Shown here piece by piece: positions 49,579 to 58,222 of a DNA stretch of 64,000 bases. Made by a program: the position numbers and the translations under genes. How positions within the stretch are numbered: position 1 is the stretch's first letter; each line of letters opens with the position of its first letter. The DNA is from a virus: positions 31,138 through 95,137 of the IMG/VR virus record IMGVR_UViG_3300031221_000001; one strand, written 5' to 3'. A model generated the notes under the pieces. The model was not told the origin of the DNA, made no database searches, and was given only the letters and a program-made list of their open reading frames with translations.

Positions 49579-50703
49579 ATGAAAACATTATACAAGAGAG
49601 CTAGAAACGGAAAGATTCAACAATGGAGTGTTGAAATTGAAGGAGACAAGTACAGAACTACTGAAGGATACAAGTACAGAGCTACCGAAGGATACGTTGA
49701 TGGAAAACTAACAACGTCTGAATGGACAGTTTGTCAACCTAAAAACGTAGGTAGATCTAATGAAGTTTCTGCTCCAGAACAAGCAGTTAAGCAAGCAATT
49801 TCAAGAGCTAAAAAAAAGAAGGATCGAGGATATGTTGAGGACATATCCTTCATTGATCAAGTAGAGATAGTGGATCCGATGCTTGCATACAAATGGAAAG
49901 ATCATAAAGACAAGACTGTAGGACTTCTTGCGAGTCAACCAAAACTTGACGGAATTCGCTGTGTAGGTACAATAAATGGACTATTCACTCGACAAGGGAA
50001 AAAGATAACTTCTGCACCTCACATTGAATCTGCAGTAATTAAAATGCTTGACGGAGTTCCTAAAGGAGTCACTCTTGACGGAGAGCTTTACAACCATGAC
50101 TTGAAAGAGAATTTCAACGAAATAACTTCAATTGTAAGAAAGCAAAAGCCTAAGCAAGCAGATTTAGAAAAATCTAAGCAAGTTTTGCAATATCATGTAT
50201 ATGACATTGACCATCAGAGACAGACGTTCGCACAAAGATTCTCTGCACTGAAAATTCTAGTGCATCAGCAGAAAGAAGATTCTCCAATCAAACTAGTTGA
50301 TACTGTATTTATTGAAAGAAACGATGCGGAAGACAATGAGCCTTTAATGACACTTTATCAAGGATATTTAACTGCAGGATTTGAAGGACAGATGATTCGT
50401 GGAGCAAATAGCTTGTACAAGTCAGGTCGTAGTAAAGATTTGTTGAAGAGAAAAGAGTTTGAAGATGGCGAATTTCAAATAGTCGACATTGAAGAGGGAG
50501 CAGGAAATCGTAGTGGAATGATGGGAAGGGTTAAATTTGATGGATTTAATTCTAATGCACGTGGAGGGTACGACTTTTACAAAGAATTGTGGGAGAACAA
50601 GGACAAGTACATAGGAAAGATGGCTACTGTTAGATATCAGAACTTAACTCCAGACGGTAAGCCGAGATTTCCAGTAATGATAGCGATAAGAGACTATGAG
50701 TAA
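49579..50703 (+). CDS. ATP-dependent DNA ligase
   Basis: QPKLDGIRC, LDGELY, YHVYD, EGQMIR and RFPV. Confidence 0.92.
   Translation: MKTLYKRARNGKIQQWSVEIEGDKYRTTEGYKYRATEGYVDGKLTTSEWTVCQPKNVGRSNEVSAPEQAVKQAISRAKKKKDRGYVEDISFIDQVEIVDPMLAYKWKDHKDKTVGLLASQPKLDGIRCVGTINGLFTRQGKKITSAPHIESAVIKMLDGVPKGVTLDGELYNHDLKENFNEITSIVRKQKPKQADLEKSKQVLQYHVYDIDHQRQTFAQRFSALKILVHQQKEDSPIKLVDTVFIERNDAEDNEPLMTLYQGYLTAGFEGQMIRGANSLYKSGRSKDLLKRKEFEDGEFQIVDIEEGAGNRSGMMGRVKFDGFNSNARGGYDFYKELWENKDKYIGKMATVRYQNLTPDGKPRFPVMIAIRDYE
49646..49693 (+). repeat. 24 bp imperfect tandem duplication inside the ligase gene (KYRTTEGY/KYRATEGY)
   Basis: acaagtacagaactactgaaggat / acaagtacagagctaccgaaggat. Confidence 0.85.
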
Positions 50704-50715
50704 GAACAAGCAGCG

Positions 50716-50746
50716 GTGTGAGGCTCTTTGAAAAGAAACCTCACAC
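50716..50746. promoter_or_regulatory. Stem-loop after the ligase gene
   Basis: GTGTGAGG...CCTCACAC inverted repeat with no U-tract. Confidence 0.45.
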
Positions 50747-50837
50747 TCATTAATGGACTGCAAAATTAATCAAGACGCTAGCAAAGTAAAAGAGTGTTTA
50801 AATTCTAATGCCTGAAAAAGGGGAAAACTAATTTAAT

Positions 50838-51077
50838 ATGTCAAGAAGATCAGCAACGTTTAATGCATGTGACTTTTTAGTAGAAAAAATTAAGAATCAC
50901 TGCTTAGCGCATCAAGGTGAAATGCCTAATGCGATGACGATCAGTCCTAATCTGTACGAAAAAGTTCGAGAATTTTGTACAGGAGAACAGTCCAGACTGT
51001 TTATGGGAGTTGAGTTATATAGATCAAGAGATCTAGAATACACACAAATTTTATACAAATACAAAACACACACATAA
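50838..51077 (+). CDS. Hypothetical protein
   Basis: 79 aa, TAATG-coupled to the DpdA-like gene. Confidence 0.65.
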   Translation: MSRRSATFNACDFLVEKIKNHCLAHQGEMPNAMTISPNLYEKVREFCTGEQSRLFMGVELYRSRDLEYTQILYKYKTHT

Positions 51078-51859
51078 TGGACTTTTATTACATACCACCA
51101 AGATCGCAAAACGAATTAATGCACAATGGAGACAGATACTTCTGTTTAGCACAACAGTATCTTAGCGATGATAAATACGCAGCATTCTTTCAGAATCTTT
51201 CTGACGATGCATGGGTCACTTTAGATAATGGCGCAGGCGATCATGATTTAGTGACTGAAGACGCTCTCTTTAAAGTAATGAAAGAGTTGATTCCTAACGA
51301 AGTGATTCCACCAGACATATTATTTGATCATACAAAAACTAGACAGAATGCACTTGCGTTTTATGAAAGAATGGTCAAAGAAGAGCTTGACGATAAGATA
51401 GAAGTGCTTTTCTGTCCTCAAGGCAAAAATCAGTTAGATTGGCTAACATCTTATGTGTGGGCATTGGAGCGAGATTGGATAAAAACAATTGGTTTAAGCA
51501 AAATATCTGTCCCTCAAGCGTTTTTAGGAGTGAAAGGAGACGTAGGCATTATGGAAGCACGACACAACTGTTTCAACTATCTCAAAGTGCACGGACTAAT
51601 ACAAAAACCAATGCACCTATTAGGAATGGGCGATCCTAGAGAATTTCAATATTATCAACAATTTGAAGAGGGTGCTTACATTAGAAGTTCAGATAGCTGC
51701 AACTCTATTTGGAGTGCAATCAATCAATTAGATTGGACTGAGGAAAAGTTCGAAAGAGTACCTACTCCAAAAGACTATTTTGATAGGGACGAGTTGACCG
51801 ACAAACAGAGAACTGTTTTTGAAAATAACGTAGACTTTCTCAAAGAGTCTGTAGTTTAG
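51077..51859 (+). CDS. Divergent TGT-like TIM-barrel protein, putative DNA guanine transglycosylase (DpdA3-like)
   Basis: VTLDNGA, VIPPDIL, PQG, HLLG and IRSSDS follow the catalytic motif order of TGT/DpdA; close to folE-queD-queE. Confidence 0.7.
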   Translation: MDFYYIPPRSQNELMHNGDRYFCLAQQYLSDDKYAAFFQNLSDDAWVTLDNGAGDHDLVTEDALFKVMKELIPNEVIPPDILFDHTKTRQNALAFYERMVKEELDDKIEVLFCPQGKNQLDWLTSYVWALERDWIKTIGLSKISVPQAFLGVKGDVGIMEARHNCFNYLKVHGLIQKPMHLLGMGDPREFQYYQQFEEGAYIRSSDSCNSIWSAINQLDWTEEKFERVPTPKDYFDRDELTDKQRTVFENNVDFLKESVV

Positions 51860-51883
51860 ATATGATTAAAGATAACTTTTTAG

Positions 51884-51891
51884 TATCTTTA
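51884..51891 (+). promoter_or_regulatory. -7 promoter element TATCTTTA
   Basis: Recurrent octamer in an intergenic gap. Confidence 0.45.
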
Positions 51892-51907
51892 GGTAAAATC
51901 TAAAAGA

Positions 51908-52411
51908 ATGGAAACAATAAGTAAATCAATTTCACAAAACAGCTACATGATAACTGACGAAGGAAACGTTATTGGATTCTTCGACGTAGGGGAAGAAGGA
52001 TCTAAAGGAGCACACACAATTTTAATTGGAGAAGACACTGAGATCGTAAAATCGATGTCAGTTACCAAACAGGTGATTTACGATGCAGTACACAAGTCTA
52101 AGTCTCAGTTCAGTGATAAGTATTCATCTGAAATGAATAAGCAAGCACCTTTAACTGCGAAACAGTATTACGATGCACTGAGATCGTATATTGTAGACAA
52201 CAAAACTCCAATTCCTAAGAAATCCACTAAGGCCAAAACCTCAAAGGCTCAACCCAAAGCTAGTGGATCTAAATTGACGCGAAAAGATCAAGTCAGACAG
52301 CTCTTAGATCAGGGAACAACTTCTTCAAGTAAAATTGCTGAAGAGTTATGTACAAATGCTAGCTATGTAGCGAGGCTAGTCAAACAAATAAAGAATGAAG
52401 GTAGTAATTAA
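51908..52411 (+). CDS. Protein with a C-terminal helix-turn-helix
   Basis: SSSKIAEELCTNASYVARLVK. Confidence 0.65.
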   Translation: METISKSISQNSYMITDEGNVIGFFDVGEEGSKGAHTILIGEDTEIVKSMSVTKQVIYDAVHKSKSQFSDKYSSEMNKQAPLTAKQYYDALRSYIVDNKTPIPKKSTKAKTSKAQPKASGSKLTRKDQVRQLLDQGTTSSSKIAEELCTNASYVARLVKQIKNEGSN

Positions 52412-53030
52412 TGCAGTGGAGGCTTTAGTTGGAAGAAGGCCTAATACAATCAAAGAAGTTCGCGCTGAATTGATGGCTTTTCTTAAAATAAACAATGCTG
52501 AAGATTTAATTGTAGACGACGACATAGAAATGTTGTTGGAGCTATGTTCTATTTATAGCGAAATACCAATTGAGCAGCTAATTAACAAAAACATATCTAA
52601 GGAATTAAACAAAGAAGAGCTCTACAAAAGAGTTGGTCCGAGAATGATTCCTCTTCAAAGAGAAACTGACAAACGCTTACTAAAAAAAGTAGCAGAAGTT
52701 ATAGTGGACATTCATGCAGACTTGCATTATGAATTTAAACAGCACGGAATTGTGTTTATCGATCAAGTGAATGTAGTATTTTCTTTTGAACAGATAAGGT
52801 CGATAGAGGGAATGCCTAACGAACTTAGTGGAGCAGTAGTTTTTCCAAGAATTAAAAACCTTGAAGATAGAAATAGCTTGATTCCTCAAAGCTATTTAGA
52901 GGATAAAAAGTGGACATTCAAAACTCTAAGAAATAAATATAGCAGGCTAGAAGCTAGGTACTTAACAACTACCGAACTAATGGATCTACTAACTAATCGT
53001 GAAATAATTACACATGGGAATTACAGATAG
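52395..53030 (+). CDS. Hypothetical protein
   Basis: 211 aa ORF overlapping the dnaE start. Confidence 0.7.
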   Translation: MKVVINAVEALVGRRPNTIKEVRAELMAFLKINNAEDLIVDDDIEMLLELCSIYSEIPIEQLINKNISKELNKEELYKRVGPRMIPLQRETDKRLLKKVAEVIVDIHADLHYEFKQHGIVFIDQVNVVFSFEQIRSIEGMPNELSGAVVFPRIKNLEDRNSLIPQSYLEDKKWTFKTLRNKYSRLEARYLTTTELMDLLTNREIITHGNYR

Positions 53031-56000
53031 TCTAAAACAATGGCTGAAAGAAAATTCAGTAAACTATGCAGAATTGGGATTCGGTAGAGTTCATGTAAAA
53101 GGACTGGGATCTCTAATAGAGTTCATTCCAAGAGAATTTGGCAACACAATAGATGTGCAAGGGAAAATGTTCACTCTGAACATAGGCCAGCAAGTGATTG
53201 AGTACATCATTGACAATAAAGTAGATCACGTGATTTATGAATTTGGAGGTAACCATTACTACACACCAATATCTCACATCGCAAATGCACAAATGGTTTT
53301 ACTTAAAAATGTTGGAGGTCATGACGATTCGTTGATTCCAGATTTTGGAAGAGCATTTCTAGGAGTTCATGGAAGATATGAGATGATGAACGGAAGTAGA
53401 GACTATCAAGATTGGTGTGATAAAGCAAAATTCCTAAAATTCAAAGCATTAGGAATTTGTGAAAAGAACACTCTAGCAGGAACTCTTCCGTTTCAAATGG
53501 CGTGTGTTAAGAACAAGCTTCAACCAATTATAGGATACACAGTCGAAGTGGAGAATGGTAAAGGAGAGCATTTTGATTTAAGACTGTATTGTATCAATAC
53601 AAAAGGATGGAGAAATCTTTTGAGAATCAACAAGCTAGTAAATGTCGATCAGGAAGGATTTGCGTTCGAAAAGCAATTACTTGAATATGGCGAAGGACTT
53701 TTATGTTGCATCTCTCCTGGAATGCACGCAACAAAGCTAATGCTTACGTCATATAAAAGAGCTTTCGACAAGACAATGTTTCAAATCACAACTAATGAAT
53801 ATGCAGGAAACGTTAAAGACAAAGAGATCCTCTCTTCAATCAAAAACTATTTAGACAATTTTCGAAGCATTGTAGATCCGATACTAATTAGCGACGCATA
53901 TTGTATCGACAAAGACGACACTCATATTCGTACTGTATTAAATAAGCAAGGAAAAGTTCAATTTAATCACTCAACAACCAATCACTATTTTAGAAGCCTT
54001 TCTGAGCAGTTCGTTGAATTAGAACCGCTATTTAGAATTGAAGACGGAAGGTTAGAGGACGTATATATTGATTCCTTTGAATCACTAGATTGGGTAATTG
54101 AAAATTGCAAATTTAACATAAACACCAAAGAATTGTTCTTACCAAAGTATGAAATGACTGAGGCTGAGCAAAGCGAATATAATGGAGAGACCTCAGACTT
54201 CTTTGACGATTTAATTGCTGATGGAATGAGGAGAAAGTTTGAAAAAGAACTATCGGGTCCTAATGGAGATTCTTTTGAAAACGAACTGTGGGAGAGAGTA
54301 GATTCAGAGCGTGCAGTAATAGTTAAAGGTGGCTTTATTGATTATTTTTTAATTTTGTGGGACATTGTAAATTGGTGTAAAACGCAAAACATTCAGACAG
54401 GACCTGGAAGAGGGTCTGCAGCGGGATGTTTGATATCATATTTGTTGGGAATCGTAAAGATAAATCCTCTAAGATATGACTTGATTTTTGAACGCTTTCT
54501 CAATGAATCACGTATACAATCAGAGCTTCCAGATATTGATATTGACTTTGCTTCAGACAGAAGAGATGAGGTGATTGAATACATGAAAAAAAGGTACGGT
54601 GAAGATTATGTTTGTAGAGTAGGAACGTATGGTACTCTTCAGATGAGAGGTGTATTGAAAGAACTTGCAAGAGCTTACGGAGTTCAAGGAGACAAGTATA
54701 ACATGAACTTTGTGACGAAATTGATTAGTCAAGACAACGGAACTTGGGAACCTTTATTTAAAGACGCAGCTTCTGAGCCTTTGCTCAAGCAGTTTGTTAT
54801 TGACAATCCTAGAATCGTAAACGATGCTAGGATTGCACTAAACTCAATCAAATCAGCTTCAGTACATGCATGTGCAACTATTATAGTTCCAAAAATCACT
54901 GACGAGGAGGGGAATTCGTTAAACATCTACGACCAAATTCCAGTAAGAAAAGATTCTGACGGAACTTTGATTAGTGAGTGGGAAGGAGACGTGATGGCCG
55001 ATGCGGGATTTTTAAAAGAAGACATTCTATCAACCAAACAGATGGCTAAGATTGGTTCGATATTTGATTTAGTCAAGGAAAGAGAGGGTATACAATTAGA
55101 TATGGAAGAGATTCCACTCGATGATGAAAACGTGTATCGTCTGTTTCAGAAAGGATTAAATCAAGACGTATTTCACTTCGGATCGAGTGGATTGACGATT
55201 TACTTGAAGGACGTTCATCCAGAAAATATCGATGAATTAATTGCATGTATTGCACTTTATCGTCCAGGAGCTATGGCATCCAACGCACACACGGACTTTG
55301 TTAAACTTAAAAAAGGCGAAAAAGAGGTGACGCACGATTATCTTCTACAATCAGTGACTTCAGAAACTTATGGATTGTACATCTATCAAGAACAGATTAT
55401 GAAAGCCGCTCAGACATTAGGAGACTTTAGCTTAGCTGAAGCTGATGGTGTTAGAAAAGCAATGGGTAAAAAGATCAAGGATAAAATGGACTCGTACAAA
55501 GTTCAATTTGTTAAAGGAGCAGTCAATAAAGGATGTGACAAGCTTGAGGCGGAAAAGATTTGGAACAAGATGGAAGTGTTTGCTGGTTATGGATTCAACA
55601 AATCTCACGCAGCAGCGTATAGTGTGATAGGATATTACTGTAACTGGTTAAAGTATCACTATCCATTGGAATTCTGGACAGTAGCTTTTCAATATGCAAA
55701 GAATGAAAAGATTCAAGACTTTGTTGCAGAAATTAAAAGAATGGGACATATAGGAATTGTCGCTCCAGACATAAACAAATCTCACTTAGAATTTCATTCA
55801 GATCCAGAACAATATAAAATCTACTGGAACCTTTCTCAAATTAAATACGTAGGAGAGGCTGCAGCAAGTGCAATCATTGAAGGTAGAGATAAGGACGGAA
55901 AGTTCTTTTCAATTGAAGAGTTCAACGAAAGGGTTCCTAGTAGAGCAGTGAATAAAAGAACTGTAGAGCACTTAATTTTAGCAGGATGTTTTGATGAAAT

Positions 56001-56562
56001 GTACTCAGTTCGACAGTCTAGTGATAGGCTACAAATTCTCCAAGAATACTATGAGTTGAGAAAAGAGGAATTGCCTAAAGAGTATAAGGACAATCGAGCA
56101 GTGGATCATTATTGGTCTATTAGACAAGCAGAGGTGAGTAAATTATCAAATTTAGATTACATCAAACTGTTTAGACAAACTCAGTTTGCCAATTACACCA
56201 GTGAATACGTTAGTAGTGAAGAGGTGTCGAAACCTTTAGAGCGTAAAGTCAAGCAAAACGTTATGATAGCAGGTACGGTAGTTGAGGCTGTAATTAGAAA
56301 GACTAAAAAGGATAAAACAGAATATGCTGTAATACGATTGATGCAAGACCAATATCAAATGCAAGTCAGAGTGTGGCCACAACAACTTAATCCTAATGAC
56401 GACCAATTCGATGTTAGATTTGACGGCCTTAAAGAGTTTATTGAACAAGACAAAAACAAATTATGTGTTTTTAGAGGAGTGATGGAATACAATGACTACG
56501 TCAAAGGCAATGAGATTGTACTGTCCGATAGAATTAATGGACCTACGTACGAAATATTTTAA
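53014..56562 (+). CDS. dnaE: DNA polymerase III alpha subunit (family C)
   Basis: GPGRGSAAG, FERFLN, PDIDIDF, ALYRPG, YQEQIM and YGFNKSHAAAY. Confidence 0.95.
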   Translation: MGITDSLKQWLKENSVNYAELGFGRVHVKGLGSLIEFIPREFGNTIDVQGKMFTLNIGQQVIEYIIDNKVDHVIYEFGGNHYYTPISHIANAQMVLLKNVGGHDDSLIPDFGRAFLGVHGRYEMMNGSRDYQDWCDKAKFLKFKALGICEKNTLAGTLPFQMACVKNKLQPIIGYTVEVENGKGEHFDLRLYCINTKGWRNLLRINKLVNVDQEGFAFEKQLLEYGEGLLCCISPGMHATKLMLTSYKRAFDKTMFQITTNEYAGNVKDKEILSSIKNYLDNFRSIVDPILISDAYCIDKDDTHIRTVLNKQGKVQFNHSTTNHYFRSLSEQFVELEPLFRIEDGRLEDVYIDSFESLDWVIENCKFNINTKELFLPKYEMTEAEQSEYNGETSDFFDDLIADGMRRKFEKELSGPNGDSFENELWERVDSERAVIVKGGFIDYFLILWDIVNWCKTQNIQTGPGRGSAAGCLISYLLGIVKINPLRYDLIFERFLNESRIQSELPDIDIDFASDRRDEVIEYMKKRYGEDYVCRVGTYGTLQMRGVLKELARAYGVQGDKYNMNFVTKLISQDNGTWEPLFKDAASEPLLKQFVIDNPRIVNDARIALNSIKSASVHACATIIVPKITDEEGNSLNIYDQIPVRKDSDGTLISEWEGDVMADAGFLKEDILSTKQMAKIGSIFDLVKEREGIQLDMEEIPLDDENVYRLFQKGLNQDVFHFGSSGLTIYLKDVHPENIDELIACIALYRPGAMASNAHTDFVKLKKGEKEVTHDYLLQSVTSETYGLYIYQEQIMKAAQTLGDFSLAEADGVRKAMGKKIKDKMDSYKVQFVKGAVNKGCDKLEAEKIWNKMEVFAGYGFNKSHAAAYSVIGYYCNWLKYHYPLEFWTVAFQYAKNEKIQDFVAEIKRMGHIGIVAPDINKSHLEFHSDPEQYKIYWNLSQIKYVGEAAASAIIEGRDKDGKFFSIEEFNERVPSRAVNKRTVEHLILAGCFDEMYSVRQSSDRLQILQEYYELRKEELPKEYKDNRAVDHYWSIRQAEVSKLSNLDYIKLFRQTQFANYTSEYVSSEEVSKPLERKVKQNVMIAGTVVEAVIRKTKKDKTEYAVIRLMQDQYQMQVRVWPQQLNPNDDQFDVRFDGLKEFIEQDKNKLCVFRGVMEYNDYVKGNEIVLSDRINGPTYEIF

Positions 56563-56569
56563 AAAACAG

Positions 56570-56600
56570 TTGCTCTAGAGATAATGGTTAGGTATCTTTA
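56570..56600 (+). promoter_or_regulatory. Bacteroidota-type promoter (TTG-N20-TATCTTTA)
   Basis: TTG 56570-56572; TATCTTTA 56593-56600. Confidence 0.65.
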
Positions 56601-56632
56601 TGGTCTAGAAAACAAATTGTAAAAACTAAACA

Positions 56633-57577
56633 TTGGAAATTATGTCAGATTTATTAGTAAAGTACACACAAGAATTCTTAGAGAAAAAAGAGGAGTCCAG
56701 ACTAAGAACTATTCTTCAGAGAGCCTTTGGAATAACCAAAGGAATTTCAAAGTTAGAAAAGCAAGAGCTTATTGATTCAATCATTGAGAACAGAGAAAGG
56801 GCGTTGGCTGAAGTATCAGCAAACAAGAATGTTCGTCCAGATTTGATTTATAAGAAAGACGGAAAAGAATTCAAAGCAAAGTTTCAGCCCGAAACTGATG
56901 AGTTCGACGAATGCATTGTATTAATTGATGGTGATGGAGAGAAGGCGTATGAAATGCTTGAAGATTTTAATTCAGAATATAAGCAAATGAAGTATTCTGA
57001 ATTCACAGACAAGAATTACGTAGCTCCGAAAATCTTAGACGATGATATTTCAGACGTACCTACACTTGAAGAACCTGAGGTCGATGAGAATATGCCAGAA
57101 AAGACTTCTGAATCTGAAGAGGCTTCTGAATCTGAAGAGCCTGTTGAAAAAGAAAAGGAGCACAAAACGCTAAAAAACGTTAAAGCAGCCACCAACGCTT
57201 ACTCTAAAATTTACAAAGAGACCATGCAACGATTTGGTTATCTCACTGAAGAGGAGGATGGATTTTTAGAGGATTTGCCAGAAATCACTAAATTATCAAA
57301 CTCTGAGTTCAAGTCTACTTATGGATTTGATGATTTAGAGTCTGCTAAAATAGAGTTGTCTAAACAAGACAAGCCTGAGCAAAAACAAGACAGACCTTCA
57401 ATCACTACGCCAAAAAAAGGGTCTAAAAGTAGTCGAGTAATTCAAATCGTCAAGGACTTAGAGAAAAAAGGTGAAAAATACACTTCTGGAACTGTAATGA
57501 AAAAATTAAAAGAGTTACATGGAGAAGACATTCACCGTAGCTTCTGTATAACCTTAATGAAAAGAGCTACTTCGTAA
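56633..57577 (+). CDS. Hypothetical acidic protein (likely start ATG 56642)
   Basis: 314 aa ORF. Confidence 0.7.
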   Translation: MEIMSDLLVKYTQEFLEKKEESRLRTILQRAFGITKGISKLEKQELIDSIIENRERALAEVSANKNVRPDLIYKKDGKEFKAKFQPETDEFDECIVLIDGDGEKAYEMLEDFNSEYKQMKYSEFTDKNYVAPKILDDDISDVPTLEEPEVDENMPEKTSESEEASESEEPVEKEKEHKTLKNVKAATNAYSKIYKETMQRFGYLTEEEDGFLEDLPEITKLSNSEFKSTYGFDDLESAKIELSKQDKPEQKQDRPSITTPKKGSKSSRVIQIVKDLEKKGEKYTSGTVMKKLKELHGEDIHRSFCITLMKRATS

Positions 57578-58128
57578 TGGCATCAGAAACACTACAGATA
57601 TCGTTTAAGGACAAAATAATCAATCTTCATTTCGAAGAGTTTGAGGACGATATAGACATCGATCAATTAACTACAATCGATTGGACGAATCTATACGCAG
57701 AGATTGTAACAATCCCTGCGTTGATGAATCGTGTAGGAATATGGAAGGCGGAAGCAGAAAATGCACATTCTTCTCAAAAAATGGGATTTGAAATCTATAA
57801 GGCTCAAACTGCTCATAGATTAAGAAGAACGTTTAAAACAGTAATTAGTAGCGCTGGAAAGGATAGTAAGAAGCCGAAAAGCAATCCTGAAATTGAAGAA
57901 GAGGTTTTGATGGACGAAGGAGTTCAGTTGAGGCACAAAAAACTGCTAAGACTAAAAAAAGAGGCCGAATATATGGATGCACTATACTGGGCAGTGAAGT
58001 CAAAAGAAATGAAGCTGAATCGTATTAGCGACAATATGGGATTTGCTCCAGAAGATTTTGAAAAATCATTAGTTGAAGGAAAGTATAATGGAATTCTAAT
58101 CAAGGCTAGAGAGAAGTTAATTAAGTAA
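57577..58128 (+). CDS. Putative recombination mediator (UvsY-like helical protein)
   Basis: All-helical; lies upstream of SSB in the recombination module. Confidence 0.4.
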   Translation: MASETLQISFKDKIINLHFEEFEDDIDIDQLTTIDWTNLYAEIVTIPALMNRVGIWKAEAENAHSSQKMGFEIYKAQTAHRLRRTFKTVISSAGKDSKKPKSNPEIEEEVLMDEGVQLRHKKLLRLKKEAEYMDALYWAVKSKEMKLNRISDNMGFAPEDFEKSLVEGKYNGILIKAREKLIK

Positions 58129-58222
58129 ATATCGTTGTGTGTGAGATATAAAAGTATTATGTTCTACACATCAAAAATAGATCTAACAAGGTCGCAATAA
58201 TAATTATAAACATTAAGTAAAA

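Noticed and set aside
50696-50815. Small ORFs after the ligase gene
   Set aside because: Frames are very short (about 11 and 20 codons) with no supporting features; only the hairpin was kept.
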